A stretch of DNA of 59,949 nt, filler included, from Bipalium vagum (taxonomy: Eukaryota), in assembly GCA_037834085.1 (NCBI GenBank). It is 3 parts of 3 records of this genome, joined end to end, with 100 filler letters (N's around TTAATTAATTAA, not from the genome) between each part and the next. Parts side by side here need not be neighbours in the genome. Positions count along the whole stretch, not along the records: positions 1 to 17,459 come from JBBMKC010064684.1; positions 17,560 to 43,229 come from JBBMKC010185406.1; 1 more part is not named here. The stretch is one strand, 5' to 3'. Below, in pieces: positions 12,101 through 25,200 of the stretch. A program made the position numbers and the translations under genes. Under the pieces are notes generated by a model. The model searched no databases. It saw nothing but the letters and a program-made list of their open reading frames with translations, and was not told the origin of the DNA. Numbering within the stretch: the stretch's first letter is position 1; the number at the start of each line of letters is the position of its first letter.

Positions 12101-14281
12101 CAAAAAACCTGATTAATGTTTTACATTTAAATTAATGGAAATCGATATGCAAAAGTGTTACATTTCTCTGCTCTGACGGAATAAGAGTGATCCATTTATG
12201 CATCGTATTGCTATGTGTCACGAAAAGCCGATCCTATAAGACAACCATAAGCTATCTACATTATGTTTAGAAGCAGATAAACCTCCCAGACATTGCCCAG
12301 TCTAAGATTCATTAAAAAAAACTGGTGGTTACTGTTTGGTAGACAAGTGATGGGTTGATACACTACAGCTTCATGAAACAAGGTCAATCGATCAGGGCAG
12401 AAATATACTGCATTCAATTGGCTGAGATGATATAGAATCTTGCAAAAAACACCCGAATTTTACAATAAAGATAGACCAATAATCATTCATGATAATGCCC
12501 GTCTGAATATTGAAAATCGAACTGAATTGAAAATTTAGGAGATGGATTTGAAAACCATTTATCATCCTGCTTATTCATAACCTAGCGATTACCATTTTAT
12601 TCGGGAATTTGGAAAACTTCTTACAAGAAAAAAAACTCCGATCCAAAGTGACTTTATGAAATTTACTCAAACTAGAGTTATATGATAAAGGCATCTCCGA
12701 ACTGCCGACACTGAGTGTAAAAGTCTATCCTTGCCGAAGACGTTTACTTTGATTAATTCCATTGTTCTTTGTTAAAGATTTCATTAATAGAATTTTGGTA
12801 CTGTTTATTTCAAATTCCATGACATAATATTAATGGAAAACTTATTCAGCTTATGAAAAGAACTTCATTATTTAAAATACTGTCCTTAAAAAGAGATTTA
12901 TTTGACATTTTTTAAATTTATTATGTAAAGTGAAATGACCTTTGATGATGCATTCCGATAAAGTTATATTATACATTATATTATTAACATTTAAGATTTA
13001 TTTGGTTTTGAAAACTTAAAACAGTGCGTTTGGAGACGTTTCAAGGAACCCTGTTCGCTCACCAAATGACTTAAAACTGTCAATAATATAACGAGGCGTC
13101 ATATGGATCGTAATTCTTTTAAGTGATCTACAATGGACACCAAATGAGTAGACTTGCTTTGCATTTCAAAATATTCAGATTCAGATCACATTCCGTTCTT
13201 TTTAACATTAATACAATCATGATCAAGATCTGTGATTAATCAAAAATTATTATATTTTTTAATTTATATATAATATTTTATATTTTATATATGATTATAG
13301 GATATAATACAAAATAAAACAACATGATTACGAATGACCAAAATCTCAAGAATAATTATACCACTGCTTAGTATGCAGTGATTCAATGTAGATTTGTATT
13401 TATACTTATATTATCTTATATTTAATAATTAACATTATTATAAAAAAAAGTTTTACTTATTTGTATAGAAATTAAGGTATATAATTTTCAACTGTCCTTG
13501 TACTTATTGCAAATATTTTAAATAATAATTAATAATTAATAATTAATAATAATAGATTTTTTATAAAAAATCAATCGTAAATGTGTAAAAAAATATCTAA
13601 AATTTTGTTCCCAAAAATAAATTAAAGCATATGTTAAAAATGGATTAAAAAATGTTCTCAAGGATTATTAAAAAATTGTGAATTTATATTGAAAAAAAAA
13701 TCAATTTTTCAGGAAAATAATTTGATTGAAATAATCATGGGAGTTAATTAATTAATGACTTACATAAAGTAACTATTTAAAAAATCATTAAAAAATGCAA
13801 AGTTTTATTTTGAAACAATTTTTAAGCTACTTTATTTTACAAACTTCAAAAATGTAATAACAAAATTGTTATGTTAATTGATTTTTAAAATTTAATTTTC
13901 ATAAAAAACTTAAAAAGTAAAAATTAAAATTAAAATACATTTTAAAGAAAAACCTTATTATTAGGTTGGGCAAAAGTTACTTAATTAAAGAAAATAAACA
14001 AAGAAAGGAAATATTATTTGAAATAGTCTCAAAATTTAGATGTCAAGAAGTACAGGATAATACTTACTCCATCCAAATATCACAATTTATTAATTGTACG
14101 ACATTTTTGTGCCCATCAGCAAGAATTTCTTTAACTCTCTCATGAAAAGTTGAAGAAATATTAAGATCGGAATACTCATCGGCATTCTTCATAAGGTCTT
14201 CTAAACGTTCCAGGTCTTGATAAAGATGAATGGTTGCGGCATCATCAATGTCGGGGTTGAGCAAACTCATGGTAATTGAAT
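3134..14281 (-). CDS. SNX14: Sorting nexin 14 (RGS, PX and Nexin_C portion), 5'-partial. Exons 14281-14068, 10893-10780, 5775-5705, 5632-5398, 5343-5196, 4858-4715, 4655-4431, 4385-4154, 4101-4074, 3446-3382, 3333-3134
   Basis: All junctions are GT-AG and phase-consistent. Translation matches SNX14 motifs: RGS (LLNPDIDDAATIHLYQDL...), PX (LSNWRVKIP...RKYIEFYILEQKLIEFHG...LPSKR), DINLGRFVKAMPMKLAKEKGQFLEHF, and C-terminal [31 protein letters not shown]/PXA exons were not found before the 17460 spacer. Confidence 0.93.
6643..7526 (+). mobile_element. Internally deleted Tc1-like element in an SNX14 intron
   Basis: Inverted ends ttgttacaaaaaagtggcggtt / aaccgccactttttattgtgacaactgtg. Remnants FVFQKDSATCHTSK, DLNPIENLWGLMKKEVRKR and LIRSMPTR. 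Confidence 0.88.
8770..9148 (+). mobile_element. Non-autonomous Chapaev3-like (CMC superfamily) remnant
   Basis: 8821-8896 translates to GDRFHQRISIIEKRYSGRYDERMAG (compare the GERFHQDI..ME.RYQGRW C-terminal motif). Subterminal motifs gtgctgattacgaatatg and gatttaaaatccgcac. 3' end ttttttcgtcgagcagcg (compare ...CAGTG). Confidence 0.7.
11400..11960 (+). mobile_element. Highly decayed mariner remnant
   Basis: Degenerate KWVS*YRT...KSIM (DEKW region), KNNTRLH (HDNARPH region), HPYS and YYLFR in the expected order. Confidence 0.6.
12060..12850 (+). mobile_element. Decayed mariner remnant
   Basis: RIAMCHEKPIL*DN, IIHDNARL, HPAYS...SDYHFIR and terminal YFD*. Confidence 0.8.
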
Positions 14282-14383
14282 CTGGAATTTTCAGAGTTAA
14301 ATCATAAAGTATTTCATTTCTGGAAATATTTCTTATTCACAAACCACAATAATTAATTATATTAATATTAATAATAATAAAGT

Positions 14384-15127
14384 ATTAGTGTATCAAGTCT
14401 TTTCCCCATAAAACAACACTTATTGAACCAGCTTAAAACTGATAATTTCCTCAAAAGTATACCATATGCTTAACAGAATCTTCTTTCCAAATCAATACTT
14501 TTTTGACACTTGCAATGTCTTATTGACAGCAGATATCCACTGAGTTTTCCCGTCCTAATCGTTAAAGAATATTCATTTCTCATTCTTAGTTATGGTCTGT
14601 TTCCAGAAACGATAATTAAGTGGATTTTCTAGCAATTTTTCGCAAATAAATATTCTGCAATTAGCTTGTAAAATACTTAATTCATTTAAATCTTCTTTTG
14701 ATACTTTCCTTGAAAATCCGAGTTTGGGTTAGTGTCTATTTATAGTATGTTTGGATTTTTCAAGTACTACTGGTAAACTTCACGTGCTTTTAGGCGAATT
14801 ATTTGCCATTATTATCAGTAAAGCAGGAGGAACGAGGTCTATCCAACAATAACATCTCCCTCATTGAAATATTTAAACCAATCATTACCTCCTACTACAC
14901 ATTTCTTCACCTGCAGCCTTGGTACTGAGGCCTTTTTTCCTCAGGTATCCTAAAATGTTGTTTTTTCGTCACTTATAATATATGAAAAAGATAGAAACTA
15001 TAAATATTCTGCTTTAAAAACCTTTAAATTGATATATTCAAATTTATTGATTATTTTATTAGCTTTTTAAAATATTTTAACTAAGATATAGATATCATTA
15101 TGGGAAAAGACTTTCGATACATCCCAG
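14384..15127 (-). mobile_element. Internally deleted mariner element with TIRs
   Basis: TIR pair gtatcaagtcttttccccataa / ttatgggaaaagactttcgatac. Minus-strand remnant LENPLNYRFWKQTITKNEK. Confidence 0.8.
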
Positions 15128-17459
15128 TCATCTCTATGAATATTGATAATGATAATAATGATAATAAGAATAAGAATAAGAATATTATGTTATGATAACA
15201 ATCTCTTTTGTCTATTTTACATATAATATAGATTTGATTGTTCTGAAAAAATGTACAAGAAGCTTAAGATATAAACACAAAAACTTAGACACCAATTAAA
15301 ACAAAACAATAAAAACGTAGATGACTAATAAAAAATGAGTAAATCAAATAAAAAATTGAATGCATTTCTTTGAATAATTTTTGTCTGCAGAAACAGAAAT
15401 AAAATCATAAAATCCATTAAAAAACACCTGTCTCCATTTCCCCAAAATTAAAGAAAAGGAAAAAACTTTTTTCAATAACTCAATAACTTTTCACCATGTG
15501 ACAAATAGAATAAAAAAAATGTCCAATGATTCTAATAAATAGTTATATAATTTATTGTATAATATAAATAATGATATAATAATAAAAAATACATTCAACA
15601 CAAGAGACAGATGTTGTCTTTGGATTTTATAATTACAATTTCAAACAAAAATATCGAAAGGTAGACTAATGTTGATATAAGTGAAAAAACTTTAAATAAA
15701 ATATTTGAAATAAAAATTTACTTCGTTAATTTCTAAAATATTACAAAAATAGATTTGAACATAAAATAAATTGTGAAATAATGATTATAAGACAATGTAT
15801 AAAACTTGAGCTATTTAATTTTTTTATATTCATTAAAATTCATTATTTAATTTAAATTAATAATTAATTTTTTTTAAATTTAATATTTAAATTTAATTTT
15901 TATATTCTTAAAAATTCTTAATTTAATTTCATAATTCAATTTAATTTATTTCAATTTTATTAAATTTTTTTAATAAAAAATAATTATTTGATTTTTAAAA
16001 TTTAATATTTAAATCAAATTTTTATATTTATTTTATATTAATTTAATTCAATTCAAATTTTCTAATAATAAATTATTTTATTTAATTTTTTTAATTAATT
16101 ATTTTATTTTATTTTTTAAATTAAATTTTTATAATAAATTTCTTAATTAAATGTTATAAATTTATTTCAATTTTTAAATTACTTTTAAAAATTATTTTTA
16201 ATTTAATTTAATTTAATTTTTTAATGAAAAATGTACTGCTTCAATTTTTAAAAATTTAATAATTTATATTAAATTTAAATCAGTCCATGATTTCAGATTT
16301 CGATATACACATGAGTTATTTTCATAATTAATATTTAATAAATTTCAATATAGAAAATTACTTTAAAAAGAGAGAGATCGTGCTCCAAAAATCAGAGCTT
16401 AAAATATGTTAATAAAGTAAATGAGAAGATTTCTCTTTAAAGATCTGTCTCATATTTTTTTGCAATTCTCCTCATCTGCACTTTTCTGCACCCTCTACAT
16501 TGGACATTGGTGTCTGAAGGATCAGTAGTTTGGTACAGTTAAAATGTTAAAGGCTGCACAGCTTCTCTTTTATATTTTTTTCATTAATGACAACTTATTT
16601 CAGGGGAACCTTAATGTTTTATGCTGTGCATATTATATTTTCTTTGATGGATACAAACATAACTTGGATTTAGAATTGTTTCACATTCTCGAGTATTATC
16701 TTGGAAACACGACTTCCTTACTATATAATAAATATAAATACATACAATACAGACAATCCTCAGATCTTCTCACTGACAATTGTCTCGTTTACTTTAATAT
16801 CCCTTTTCACCAATATTATGCTGTCACCTGCTATAAAATGCTGTTATAATATAAATATAAAATAAATATAAAATCACAATGTTTATAATAAGTTAGAACA
16901 CATAATTTATTATGAAATGTGCATTCAGAAATATTTTACTAAATGAAAAGTATTAATAAAAACAAATCTGGTGACATTTTGTAAATAATAATTTCGGTCA
17001 CTAGATAAAAAAAACAATTTTAATTCATTTAATATTTATAAATTATGCAAGTACTTAAAAAAGGCCGATTTACATTTATTACATTCTTTGTTTTAAATTT
17101 TATTAATTTTTTCGAAATTAATTCATATGATTCATATTGTATTAAAATTAAAATTATTAAAATTATTATTATTATTATTATTATTGATTATTTTTTTATT
17201 TTACTTAAATAATTATGATTATATTTTTTAAGATAATTACTATTATTTTTTATTATAATCTGTTTTTCTGATTGAGACTACGTTACCGAATAAAAGTACA
17301 AGAACATAGCCAAAAGTAATGGAGAGATAATATTTTATTTATCTTTTATCTTATCTTTCATTATATTTCATTTATTTATTTTGTGTAATTTTTAGTGACA
17401 GGAAAAATTATTAATTTTTTAAATTGAACATTTCTATAAGAACTAGATAATAATAATAA

Positions 17460-17559
17460 NNNNNNNNNNNNNNNNNNNNNNNNNNNNNNNNNNNNNNNNN
17501 NNNTTAATTAATTAANNNNNNNNNNNNNNNNNNNNNNNNNNNNNNNNNNNNNNNNNNNN
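17460..17559. other. Artificial scaffold spacer N44-TTAATTAATTAA-N44
   Basis: Exactly 100 bp. The palindromic 12-mer has stops in all six frames, and an identical copy is at 43230. Confidence 0.97.
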
Positions 17560-18189
17560 TTATTATAAATATTTTAATTATATTCATAATTTATTTCTTG
17601 CTTTCTTATTAATTTTCTATTTGTCACGTGTTTAATTTTTTTCTGAAACATTTTCAAAATCATGAAATATTGATTATTATTTTTTTAATCAATAAATAAT
17701 GTTGAGAACATTACCCGTTTTCTGAATAATATTATTAAATGAAAAACATTTTTTCATTTTTCAAAAATGTAATAAAACTGACAAAATGGTTTTCAAAGGG
17801 GTTGGTATCAATTTTATCTGTTTTTTCCAATTTAAAAACTTTATCAATATTTTACTGAAATATTTTTAAAATATTAAATCAATAAAAGCAATTTTTGCGC
17901 TTATTTTGTTTAATTTTTTTTTTGTTATTTTTTGAGATTAACTAAATTTCATTATTTGATTTTAAAGTCAGTCATGCGAAAAAGTAAAAGAAATCGATAA
18001 AGACATTTTTTCGAACCATGTACAAAAACATTTTCTCACACAAAAATGATAATCGATTCCTAATGTGATCCATTCTAAATGTGCTTCGGTCTAAATAAAT
18101 AGCCAGTCAGGCTATATAAAAAGGAGAAAGTGATCGAAACTTTTATAACCACGACAAGGTTGGAGAGATATTCATTGTTCACTGTTAAG

Positions 18190-18957
18190 GTAACTTCGAA
18201 CTCAGTACTCGCAGCCTTATACAGCAGTGAAGGATCGGTATTGGAAAGACATCACTTCAACCAGACGATCTGTATTCTCAATACGGAAGGCTGTAACATT
18301 TTCGAGAACCTTACCAGGCAGGTGTGATAAATTGATCTGGAACACAAATCGTATGTTTCGTTCAGGAATATCAAAAAGCGCTCGATCTTATTCGAGACAT
18401 CATTTTGGCCACAGATCTCGCTCATCATTTTCGAGTCATCTCCCACCAACGACAAATGGCAGAGACCGGCTATGACAAGACCAATGTCGAACATCGCAAG
18501 CTGCTTCTGTTTCTACTGATGACCTGTGCCGATTTGAGCGATCAAATCAAATCGTGGGAAAATGCTCGCAACGTTGCCCGACTGATCTATGAGGAATTCT
18601 TTACCCAAGGAGATTTGGAAAAGGCAATCGGCCAGAAGCCGGCCGAACAAATGGACCGAGAACGGGCCTGTATTCCCAGCTTGCAGATTTCGTTCCTCAA
18701 CGGAGTGGCCATTCCGTGTTTCGAGTACGATGAGCGTTTCGTTAATCGATTTCCATCGTCATGACGTTGATTGATATTTCAGGATTTTCACGAAGCTCTA
18801 CTTCCAGTACGGCGACCCAATGTTGAAAAACATGAGAGACAATCGTTCGAAATGGGAAAAACTCAACAATGACATCAAAGACGGCAAAATTACGGCCAAC
18901 ATATTCCAGCTGTTTCAAAAAGACATGTCTCCCTTTCACTCAGCTCCGATCCAGTGA
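18190..18957 (+). CDS. PDE2A: cGMP-stimulated cyclic-nucleotide phosphodiesterase 2, C-terminal catalytic exons (5'-partial): 18190-18321, 18366-18724, 18783-18957
   Basis: [19 protein letters not shown]...[10 protein letters not shown]...[11 protein letters not shown]...[15 protein letters not shown]...[15 protein letters not shown] closely follows the PDE2 family. Introns of 44 and 58 nt are GT-AG and phase-consistent. Stop TGA at 18955-18957. Confidence 0.93.
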
Positions 18958-19108
18958 TACCCTTTGATGGTGTGATTGTGACTGTGACTATGATGATTGA
19001 TTTCTAGATCTTAATCAGTAGAAAGAAATTTTTGGTCATTTCTATTGTTATATTTTTACCGGATGAAAATCAATAAAACAAATACATCTTTACATAAATT
19101 ACAACATT

Positions 19109-19241
19109 NNNNNNNNNNNNNNNNNNNNNNNNNNNNNNNNNNNNNNNNNNNNNNNNNNNNNNNNNNNNNNNNNNNNNNNNNNNNNNNNNNNNNNNNNNNN
19201 NNNNNNNNNNNNNNNNNNNNNNNNNNNNNNNNNNNNNNNNN
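19109..19241. other. Assembly gap (133 N)
   Basis: Run of N that probably hides the KIF26-like stop codon. Confidence 0.97.
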
Positions 19242-22200
19242 AAGTTTTCTGTGAAGTTTCGGTGACCCCAGGAAACTGGACTCCAGATGTATCAAGCTTT
19301 TATAGAAGGCTATGGAGTCTCGGATGATGTTTGTGTCTTCCTCCAGCTCGTCCAGGTATTGATTGTCAAAGAAAAGGCGATCGTAATTGACGGTAGACAC
19401 TGGAAAAGCGGTGGAAAATAAATTACGGTTATCATATGACTGTCGATTAGTTTTTACTTCGAAGAACGTATTTTGTATCGTCGTTCGTTAATAAAGGCCT
19501 TGTGGTCTTGTAAAAGTCGCCGATCATTAGTTCCTGGTGTTGCATCAAAAGTATGGCCTTTTCTTGTTTGACGAGATTGGCATTTCGCTACGCATATATA
19601 TGTGACATAAGTGGGCATCATTAAAGATGGGTAATACTTCGGCTATGACGTCTGGACTCAGTTCGCAAGGTACCGATCCGTGACCTCTGGTGTGAGTGAA
19701 GGAAATCGATTGTTTGATGGGTGGTTTGGAGAAACTGTGAATGGATTGGTCACTGTTGGAGTCTAGATGGGAGGATATTTCGCTGTCTTTGGTTATGACA
19801 CTGCCATACCCACTACTACTAGATCGTTGACGGGTTGGATGAAGTGAGTTGGACGTTAAGTGTGATCCTGCTGGCAATGGGGCACTTGGTGGGCGAAGCG
19901 TGTTCGGCTTGCCTACTGTAGCTTCTAATCGGTTTTTAAAAGTCTAGATATAGTCTAAATGTGCCCAGCAATAATCATTCAGTGGGTTACTTTCATGTTC
20001 CTAAACCACTGGTTACACTCACTGTCACTGCTGGAATCAGAACTGTCTTCATTATTATTACTTATTGGGACCAAGTATCGAATTTCTTGACAGTTAACTA
20101 AATTGTTGTTCGTTTCGTTGGACAATTCCGGAATATTCATCTTTTTCTTGGCAGACTTGCTTTGGAATAAGGTTTTCTTTAACAATCCCAAAGGACTTTT
20201 TGAAATGAAGCATCGCAACTTTGAAATATCCTGAAAATGAAAACATGGATAAGAACATCGGCCCGATTATTATAACACATTCCAACCCTCGTCAATAAAT
20301 TGTCAATATCATTTTCAAGCAAAGAATAAGTGTAACGTTTGTGGACACAGGACTGTTAAGGTTTTGAGGCATAAATTATTGATTTTTTTATCTTTTTATA
20401 AAAAAATTGGTTTTGAGAATCAATGCCAAAAAGAAACACTGGTGGAGATAAAACTAAAACCTTGAAACATGTCGAAAACAATGATAAGACCGTGACGAAG
20501 AGCAATTGTGAAAGAGATATTTTAGGAAATAAAAACAGATTGAATATGGTTTTTGTGGTAATCTTTTCTAGAGAAAGTTCCAGAATGATAAAAATATAAA
20601 TAAATGAAACGAAATTGGCAAAAATGTAATCCTTCAAGTTTGTATGCTAATAAAAACAATTCCCTTTCCATTAACACATTGGCTATCAAGGACGAACGGT
20701 GCTCGTCAACTTTTCCTAACAATTACAGTTATATGGTCCCATTTAGCGAATGCACACATGATTCGTTTCAACTGAAAATTAAATAATCTTTATGACACGT
20801 TAATAATTGGTCCAACTGTTAATATTTGGGTCTGATTATAAGACACTGGCGAAAAATGTCAACGAAAAGTTACTAGATCTTATAAATGGTCTTTTTAAAA
20901 TGACATAGTAACAATAAAATTCCAATAATTAGTCGCGTAACTCATAAAAATTCAAATTTAATGTCCCTCACAAGCTTATTATTAGATTTATAATAATCTC
21001 TAAATTCAATTAAGAGTTGTTTGTTTAAATTGTCATTATCTTATATATGAATATTATTATAAGGAGTGGTTCGAACAATTAGTTTTCTTGAATTTGTTGG
21101 TTTTACCCAAGACACCCCCCGGGGAAAAATAAGTAATAAAAACTATAAATAAGGTATAAATAATAATAATGATAATAATAATAATATTAATAATTAAAAT
21201 TAATTAATACTCGAATGTAATTGAAAAAGTCCCAGGAATTTTATTTTGAAAATACTTTAAAAAAATAAGATAATCTTTGAAAAATAATTCGTATTTTTAA
21301 AAAGCCTGAAAGAGGTATTTTAATAAAGAATAAGGGTCATAATGAAATAATTTTTAGGGAATTCTTAGGGAGTTTTGGAATTTTGATAGAATTTTTAGAA
21401 TTTAAAGTATAATTTTGAGAGTATCTGAAGAATATTTCCCAGATGAAGATCAGTCCCAAATAGTATATAACCTAAGGGATTTCAGTAGATTTTCACCCCT
21501 CAGAAAACGAGCTTAGATATATTATCGATTTGCAGAGTCTTGCTAAAGCAGATATATTATCGATTTGCAGAAATATTACTAATTCACCAGGTAAAGATAA
21601 TTGGAGAACATCAGGTTTTAATGTCTGGACTATGCTTAAAATTCCCCATCAGAGGGTTATCGGTGAGCAACCGTTAGGGTTCAGACGATAACTCGGGAGT
21701 TTTAACGACAACTTAAGACTTTTCCTTTTTGTTTTTTTTTATCTTAAGTAAATAGTAATTTTATAAGTAATATTTTGTTGTAATTGTGTTAAACATTTGA
21801 TTATTAATATTGATTAAATATTATTTGATTTAACGTTCATTTTGACGATATTTGATCATTATTATATTTGACCTTCACTTATTTTTGGTGTGTTGTGTTT
21901 TGATCAGATAGTGTAAGAGTTGTGTAACATTTCAGACATTCATTGTGATCCCAGACTTTTGCATTATCTTTTTGAATTTCAGTGTATTGTATTTAGTGAA
22001 GGTGTGGTATAAAAACAAGTGTTGCTTTACTGATTGTTTTGATTTGCACCACCGAAGATTTGGAGTCAGATTTAAATTTGATACCCTAAATATTGAACAA
22101 ATTTGTTTAAACAAGGACCTCGCGCCTAAATTAACTATTACTAAATTTTTTAATTTAAAGTTTTTAAAAATTATAAAATTACACTTTTTTAAATAGTTAA

Positions 22201-25200
22201 TAAAATATTTTAATAAATGTTGGTAAATTTTTATAAAATAATTTAGTTTTTAAAAAAAGGTGAGATCCATATTTGAAAAGTTTGTTTAAGTAATCGGATG
22301 TGGTGAAATAAATCATTGTTGATTTGATCTTGTATTATTATTAAAAATTACAACACAACAATATAACTATTATTATTAAGCTTTTCTTTTTTGAATTGAC
22401 TATCATTACATGAATGCTTTTTAAGCATCGAAAAACTTCTTTTGACAGCTGACGTACTCGGCTGACATTTTTAAAGCATATCATAAAGTTCCGGGGAAAT
22501 TTCATTTCTATGTAATTCTATAATTTCCTTTATTTAGTTATTCTCTAACCTCTTTTCAATATACATCTTCAGTTCACAAGAGTTTCCTTCAAAGAAAAGG
22601 GATTTTAAAATATTGAAGACGGTTTTAATCGAAATAAAACAGATTTCGCAATTTCCATAATTGAATATCAGCAACTAGGATTGCTTTTGTTATATTTCTA
22701 GTAAAATCCTCATTGTTCTTTGGCAAAAATTGCTGTTTGAAAAGTTTCTTTGAACTTGTTTTGCTATTATTTTGCAGAAATTTTAAATGTTTAATTGTTG
22801 CTCGATGTTTATCAACAACAATTTTCTGACACATGATGTATGTATTGCAACACGAACAAAGAAGATTACTTTCATGTGAAATTGAAAATTCGTCCATATA
22901 TTTTCTTGTAATTTTTTGAGTCTTACTTATTTTTTTTTGCAATTTTCGGCATTTTAAAAATATAATTATATATTATTAAAATATTGCTTTATTGTTATAA
23001 CAAAAAATTTTAATTTCATTGGCTTTATTGACTATATAATTTTTTTATTTACTTTATTGACTTTAAAAATGTTTTTTGACATTATTGACTTTTTTGAGGC
23101 CCTAATTATTATGTTATTAGGTGTCTTTACACAATTAAATTAATGACTTAAAATAAGATGGTAATAATAATAACTAATTATGATAATAATATTATAATCA
23201 ATACTCAATTATAATAATAAAGATAAAATTCGTTTCTGTTATAAAAAAAATCGAAAAAGCATGTACGAAATTTAATCACTTTTGATAAAAAATATTTTCG
23301 TAAAACCAGGTCAAGCTGTAATCAATAAGAACCTTGCCCAATTAAAAAAAACTTTACTGGAAAATTTTCTTAAATAAAAAAACTTTTTTTCCTCCTTAAG
23401 GCTGACAGTCAATCAACAATACTGCCTCGATTCATCTCGAGACGAACGTTGGAGCAATTCATAATTGGAACAAATCGAGACATGGTCTTATGTCATATTT
23501 CTTTTAATAATTTGTCTAATCAATTTCTGTTTTAATTCTGAATTTGATCTACGTCCTTTTGGAAAATAATTGAAAAATATTTTATATTTTTCTTACCACA
23601 TTACCTTTCAAAAGTAATATAATAATATTTTAATAATACTATGGAAAATTATTTTTTGATTTTAATTTATTTTTCATTTCTTTTAATTAGAGAAATTGGC
23701 TGATTATTAAAATTTATGGGTTTAAACTTCATCAGTTTTTATTATTTAAATTTTCTGCCATATTCAATACGAATATTCAAACAACTTGAAATTATCAAAC
23801 CATTGGAAATTATTAATATACATTAATACAATTAATTGAAATTCTTTATTAAGTTCTAAAATTAAATTATTAAATTAATAAATGTTATATATTTATTTAA
23901 TGTTTCGCCTTATTATCCAAATTTTTAATGACTCTAAGCATTATAATTTAATTAAGATGTAAAATTAAAAATCTTCATTATCCTATTGATAATTCTCGTT
24001 ATTTTTATGAAATGATTTATTTAAAACAGAGGCTTATTCCACCCAAAATAGTCTATGGAAAGAATTTTATTCTCTTTGTTACTTTCCGAATTTATTAAAT
24101 TTATACTTAAAAAATCATTATTTTTTCCTAATAATTAATAATAATTTTCTAAAACAAAATAATAACAATTTTTTCTAACTTAATATATAATTTATTATTT
24201 ATAAATCTTAACATTTATTTAAGAAAAACTAATTATTTTTTTAAAAAAACATTGAATAAGATTGAAATTTTACGAAAAAAAATAATTAAGAAAATAAAAA
24301 TCGAAAAAACGTAACTCACAATTCCCATTTTGATATTGAGTTGAGTGGCGAGATTAATTTAAGTAAACTTTAATTAAATTTCATTTCTCGTCTTTTTTCT
24401 TTATTTTTAATTTTTGAATTATTCTTTTCATCTCATCACAAGAGCTGAAGATGAAATTTTTGGGGCCTGGGATAAGAAAAAATTTCTCCATCTAAAATCA
24501 GTAATGTCGAATTGATTTTTGATTGTTTTTGATGGTTTAAGGTTTTATTTCTTACGGGGTTGGACAGAACATTTTTAAATTTGGCCAACCAATCTTTGAA
24601 ATTAGACATTTCATTTTTAATAATAAAGAGCTGGTTCTCACAGTATGGAGTATATCAAGTATAAACATTTCTGAAATTACAAGACAACTGTATCATTTTT
24701 ATGAATTGTAATTCCAAAAAAAGCTAGGAAAATAATCGTTCAATGATTTTTCTAATAGACACACAATCGTAATGAAATAAAGTCGAAATTTGAAGATTCA
24801 AATCGTAGGCCAATATTTCTTCTACGTATATTATTTTTCCTTCTTCAAAACCTCTTATACAAGTGGAAAATTTTTATTTATGCTAGTTGACCAAATCACG
24901 AACCCAAATTGTTATATCTAATAGAAACTTGCTACCGCCAAATTAAAACGGAGAATCGCATGGAATTCTTCTGGAATTTGTTTTCATTCCTTCCATAACA
25001 AAGTTGAAATAATCGATGGTTGATGTAACTGTAATGCTGATACAAATACACTTCGTTGTTTATTTCTACTTGCAATGGAAAAATCAATAATATTTGTAAA
25101 AAATTAAAAATGACCTGTCAAATCCTGCCTTGTTTTAATTAACCAATTTCCCTTTGATATTTCTACCAGTTACAATTGAAAGTACAATTTGTATTGACAT

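Noticed and set aside
15800-16280. Extremely AT-rich stretch as an origin or structured element
   Set aside because: Low-complexity sequence with no defined periodicity.
16544-16849. 101-aa ORF or a missing SNX14 exon
   Set aside because: No recognisable motif on either strand and no phase-compatible SNX14-like frame.
17504-17515. Palindromic TTAATTAATTAA as a biological site
   Set aside because: It is centred in an exact 100-bp N spacer and repeated at 43274, so it is an assembly linker.
20356-20786. Hydrophobic ORFs in the KIF26 intron
   Set aside because: AT-bias artefacts; exon 30910 joins 20230 in phase without them.
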